Assembly (NCBI GenBank): GCA_905250005.1
Contig: CAJNOH010000575.1
Coordinates: forward strand, 57,984 to 71,866
DNA: 13,883 nucleotides
Source: Rotaria sordida
Taxonomy: Eukaryota
Direction: 5' to 3'
The notes under the pieces are model-generated. The model made no database searches. It was not told where the DNA came from and saw only the letters and a program-made list of their open reading frames with translations. Shown here piece by piece: positions 9,884 to 13,883 of this stretch. Position 1 is the first letter of the stretch; the number at the start of each line of letters is the position of its first letter. The position numbers were made by a program, and so were the translations under genes.

Positions 9884-10110
9884 CTCATGTAAAAATTTAT
9901 ATAAATTAAACAATTTAACAAAATTTAATGTTATCTTTTTGATCGTGAAAACCCATTAAAAATATGCTTTTTAACGAAGTCTGATAAGCTACTTTAGATT
10001 GATTCCATTTTAACGCGAAATAATGCGTAAGACTTCGTTAAAAAACATTTTTTTAAAGTGTTTTCATGGTCAAAAAGGTAGCATTAAATTTGTATGATTT
10101 TTTACATGAG
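9884..10110. mobile_element. Small foldback/MITE-like inverted repeat, arms about 9884-9982 and 10030-10110
   Basis: Left ctcatgtaaaaa...aaatttaatgttatctttttgatcgtgaaaacccattaaaaatatgctttttaacgaagtct matches the reverse complement of the right arm, ctcatgtaaaaaatcatacaaatttaatgctacctttttgaccatgaaaacactttaaaaaaatgttttttaacgaagtct. Confidence 0.8.
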
Positions 10111-10233
10111 AAGCTTTGAGTCGACCTCTAATTTTGCAGGAGAGGACTAAGTTAATATCGATTTCTACTGAACCCATAACAATAAATTTTTTAGCAGAAA
10201 TTGCCTTTTAAATCTCATTTAAAAAGAACATCA

Positions 10234-10778
<545 letters not shown>

Positions 10779-10789
10779 TGAGGATGGCA

Positions 10790-11025
10790 ACTTTGGAGTA
10801 GAACTGTGGGAGCGAGAAACGAGAAATCACTTGAAAAATCTGAAATCGCCCATATTCAAAGCGGGAATACGACAGAATTCAGTTTTTTTGAGTCCGATGA
10901 GTCCTCGAGAATGCCATTATTCGATGCAGAATTGAACTCTCTATATAGTTCAACCAGTTAGAGACTCAACCTAAGATCCAGAGCGAATATTAGCAAGAAA
11001 AACTCGAATCCACTGCTAACTTCAC
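10790..11025 (+). repeat. Diverged dispersed repeat, copy 2 (inverted relative to 8638-8907), possibly a decayed coding fragment
   Basis: Sequence similarity to the reverse complement of 8638-8907. Short translated similarity: GVELWERETRNHLKNLKSPIFKAGI versus FAVEWQECETKNYFENLELLRLKAGI. Confidence 0.65.
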
Positions 11026-11965
11026 TCCAGTGAATTTACAACCCTTATACCACCTATAATCAACATTACCCCAGATGATAAAAACATTTCACTATGTCGA
11101 ATTAATACAAAATGGCACATCTTTAATTGACGTTAATATGATCTGTTGATAGTGGTATCTATAAATATGTTTGAGCAGCTGAAATAATGAGAAAGATGCT
11201 TTTTGTCTGTAGGTAGCTTAGAAAAGTATTTTTGACATTTGTATATGGCAATCTAGTTATATTTGAAACCTTCCAATTAATTTTTTCTCTCAATTTCGTT
11301 AGAATTTGAATAAGAGTATTCATTTTCTTCATTTAAAAATATAATGTATTTATAAGTGGAGACGACCAACAAATGTCTATCTCGACAATTAAGCATTTCT
11401 CTTTGTGCAAATTTTGTCAAGTATACCAAATTTCAAAACAGTAATTATAACCACAACTTGTGTCAAGTTATGCAAGCAAAATCACATATGATGGATTGGA
11501 TAAAACCATTTCTTTTACGAATCTATTGATACTATATTTGTCACAGATATTCGGTCTATTCTTAACAGACAAATGACTTTTGCTAGTAATCATTGTACTC
11601 TGCAAAAAATGTAGTTTTGCAGAACCTTTTTGGGGGTTCTGCTATTGGATAAAAGACAGAACCCTTTAAAATGGTTGTGTCTGAAAACGGGTTCAGTGAA
11701 GAAATAACAAAAATCGTTCTATCAAGCTTAAAAGTTGTTCCATTAGCCTTATACTTATACTTTTATACCTATGCCGTTATACCTATCCCTTTATATCTGC
11801 CACAGTTGACATGAGAATTCAGTTGAGATCGGAAAGCGCGAAATAATTTAAAAAAAGAAAAAGAAAAAAATATTTTTTTTTCTTATAAATAAAACTTTGA
11901 TAGTATATATAAAAGCAGTTATTCAAACAATTGTGAATGAACAAAGTCACATTAAAAATATGTGA

Positions 11966-12023
11966 TTGGATGTGGGTGTTGACTGATCTCAATTTACGCC
12001 AACACCCACACCCACATATCCAA
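11966..12023. repeat. Short hairpin with telomere-like arms: ttggatgtgggtgttg / caacacccacacccacatatccaa
   Basis: Direct reading; G-rich arm 11966-11981, C-rich arm 12000-12023, spacer about 18 nt. Confidence 0.75.
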
Positions 12024-12976
12024 CGCAACATGCGATAGATATTATTACATATTGAAATACTCATTATAACTACAATGTATATGAATAAATAAATTAAACC
12101 AAACAAAATAAATTGAGCAACATCATCCGACATACAATAATCTCTAATTCAGATGATGTTGGATATGTTATTGAGGTTTGGTGTGATGTCAAAAAAGAAA
12201 ATGGTCATGTATTTGTTATAAGTGTACAAAAGTGTACAAGTTATTTGGTTTTTCAGTAGTTCATATGATGATAACTTTCAAGTAAAGTCAAAAATTCATG
12301 AGTTTCTATAATAGATGTATTTTCTCAATAAAATGAAAAATATATCATGCCGTTACACTCTCAAAATTCACTACATTCTATTATTTTAATTGTTGTAGCT
12401 CATTTTGTAGATAACTTTTAGAGAAATTTCTATGGAAGTTTCAAGTTTGTCATTTGAATTATAAGGAAGAACGGTCTAATATACTGAAAGCATTTTTGTT
12501 CGATTTTCTGAGAAAAACAGTGTCAATAGGATATTTGTCTTAGGTTTGACGTGCCGTTTTGTTGTACTTTAGTTCTCTCGATTATTGATCATTTATAACC
12601 ATTTGTAGAGGAGATTCAGCTGCATCTTTTAGTATATTATGATTGGAATATTAGTCAAGAAATACGAATCTATAATGAGTCACAACATGCATGTGTGATC
12701 ATGCGAAAATGTACGTATATGGCATACTACCTCTCAGACAGAAGACCTTCCTGTAATCCACTATGGTACAATCAAAAGTGTTGAGTCCTTGGGTACTAGA
12801 TTTGTTATCTTATCCGACAAGCTCCTTTAAAAAAATAAATCATTCTAAGTGAATGTATAACTAATAAATAGAATCTGTTGAAATTTTATTTTAATAAATA
12901 GATTAATAATATTAAAAAAACTGAAATGAAATGAATTATTTGAATAATTTAATTCTATAAAATAAGATAAATATAA

Positions 12977-13882
12977 TTATAATTTAACATATTGAAAACT
13001 TTGTTGAATATCGTTTTTATAAGCATTAATAAATAAATCTTTCATATCATTTTCAATAAGAAAAGCAAGATAAGCACCATTTTTATCTGTTCGTATCCAA
13101 TTATTTCCATCAAAAAAAGGATTTAAACGAGAAACACTTATATATAATCTACCTGTCCATGGTGAATAATATCGACATTGATCTTTATAACCAAAATCAA
13201 CAAGATTAATCCAATCATATCGATAATTTGAATTAATAAAAATATCATTATTAAAAAAGAAAACATTTGATGATTTATTATCGTTAATTAATTGTCTCAT
13301 TAAATGATCAACAGTTGAAAGACACGATTGAAGATAGATTGGATCTCGTGATTGATTTATAGATTGACGAATTGTTTTAGCTATATTTAATATTGATTCA
13401 GAATCTTCAAAATCATCAGATGTTAATAAAAAAAATCCATTACCAGCGAAATCTTTTGAAGCAATAGAATCTGAAACACCACGAAAATTAATAACTGTTG
13501 TTGCATGTAATATATGTCTCTGATCTGTTTTCGGATAACAATATCTATTTAATGTTGATATTATATATGCTATAAGAGCATCTTGATTTGTTATTTGATT
13601 TCCATCATCAGCTAAACATCTTAATTTATTAATTTGTTCACTTGAAAATTCTAAATTAATTTGATAAAGATTTTTTTGATCATCAAATATTTTTTTTTGA
13701 GTTTCTTCACATGATCGACATTCACTAACATATTTTATTCGAGATAAAATTGATTGATTAAAATCATCTTTATTCCATAAATGTCTTTCAAATATAGGAT
13801 AAAATTCAATTGTATAAATATCTTGATAAAAACGTGATATTTGATTAAAAAATTTTAAAAATGTATCACCATCTCCAACAAT
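12977..13882 (-). CDS. Partial CDS (C-terminal ~301 aa, 5' part beyond the right edge): BAHD/HXXXD-type acyltransferase-like protein (PF02458-type fold, assignment by motif recall)
   Basis: Minus-strand frame open from the window edge to a TAA at 12977: IVGDGDTFLKFFNQISRFYQDIYTIEFYPIFERHLWNKDDFNQ...NLEFSSEQINKLRCLADDGNQITNQDALIAYIISTLNRY...TTVINFRGVSDSIASKDFAGNGFFLLTSDDFEDSESILNIAKTIRQSINQ...NYRYDWINLVDFGYKDQCRYYSPW...DGNNWIRTDKNGAYLAFLIENDMKDLFINAY. It resembles the BAHD segments S..DALxAxxW, VNxRGR..PPLP..YFGN, DFGWG and the C-terminal dM..F region. Confidence 0.65.
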   Translation of the reverse strand: MVGDGDTFLKFFNQISRFYQDIYTIEFYPIFERHLWNKDDFNQSILSRIKYVSECRSCEETQKKIFDDQKNLYQINLEFSSEQINKLRCLADDGNQITNQDALIAYIISTLNRYCYPKTDQRHILHATTVINFRGVSDSIASKDFAGNGFFLLTSDDFEDSESILNIAKTIRQSINQSRDPIYLQSCLSTVDHLMRQLINDNKSSNVFFFNNDIFINSNYRYDWINLVDFGYKDQCRYYSPWTGRLYISVSRLNPFFDGNNWIRTDKNGAYLAFLIENDMKDLFINAYKNDIQQSFQYVKL

Positions 13883-13883
13883 A

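Noticed and set aside
11819-12133. 104-aa minus-strand ORF
   Set aside because: It spans the telomere-like hairpin and poly-A/T tracts; low-complexity composition with no homology cue.

Overview
AT-rich, repeat-dense, gene-poor eukaryotic DNA. The organisation and the TGTGGG-type (C strand CACCCA) hexamer tracts resemble bdelloid rotifer subtelomeric DNA; this taxon assignment is inference. Supported content: (1) a hexamer array of 10 units at the left edge; (2) three loci where a G-rich telomere-like tract faces a C-rich one across a short spacer (about 3012-3066, 3477-3653, 11966-12023), two of them with similar spacer starts; (3) three larger inverted-repeat (foldback) structures at about 541-708, 7383-8302 and 9884-10110; (4) a degenerate 10-bp/19-bp minisatellite at 4997-5101; (5) a ubiquitin-conjugating enzyme E2 (UBE2D/Ubc4-5-like) pseudogene at 10234-10661, broken by a ~16-nt deletion/frameshift just after the catalytic Cys; (6) a diverged repeat pair in inverted orientation (8638-8907 vs 10790-11025), the right copy lying just behind the E2 pseudogene; (7) on the minus strand, a 301-codon open frame (12977-13882) running off the right edge, resembling the C-terminal half of a BAHD/HXXXD-type acyltransferase. 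The ORF track shows only its last 107 aa. I found no convincing evidence of a new multi-gene system. The most interesting signals are the head-to-head telomere-like palindromes, the ~920-bp foldback element and the acyltransferase-like gene.
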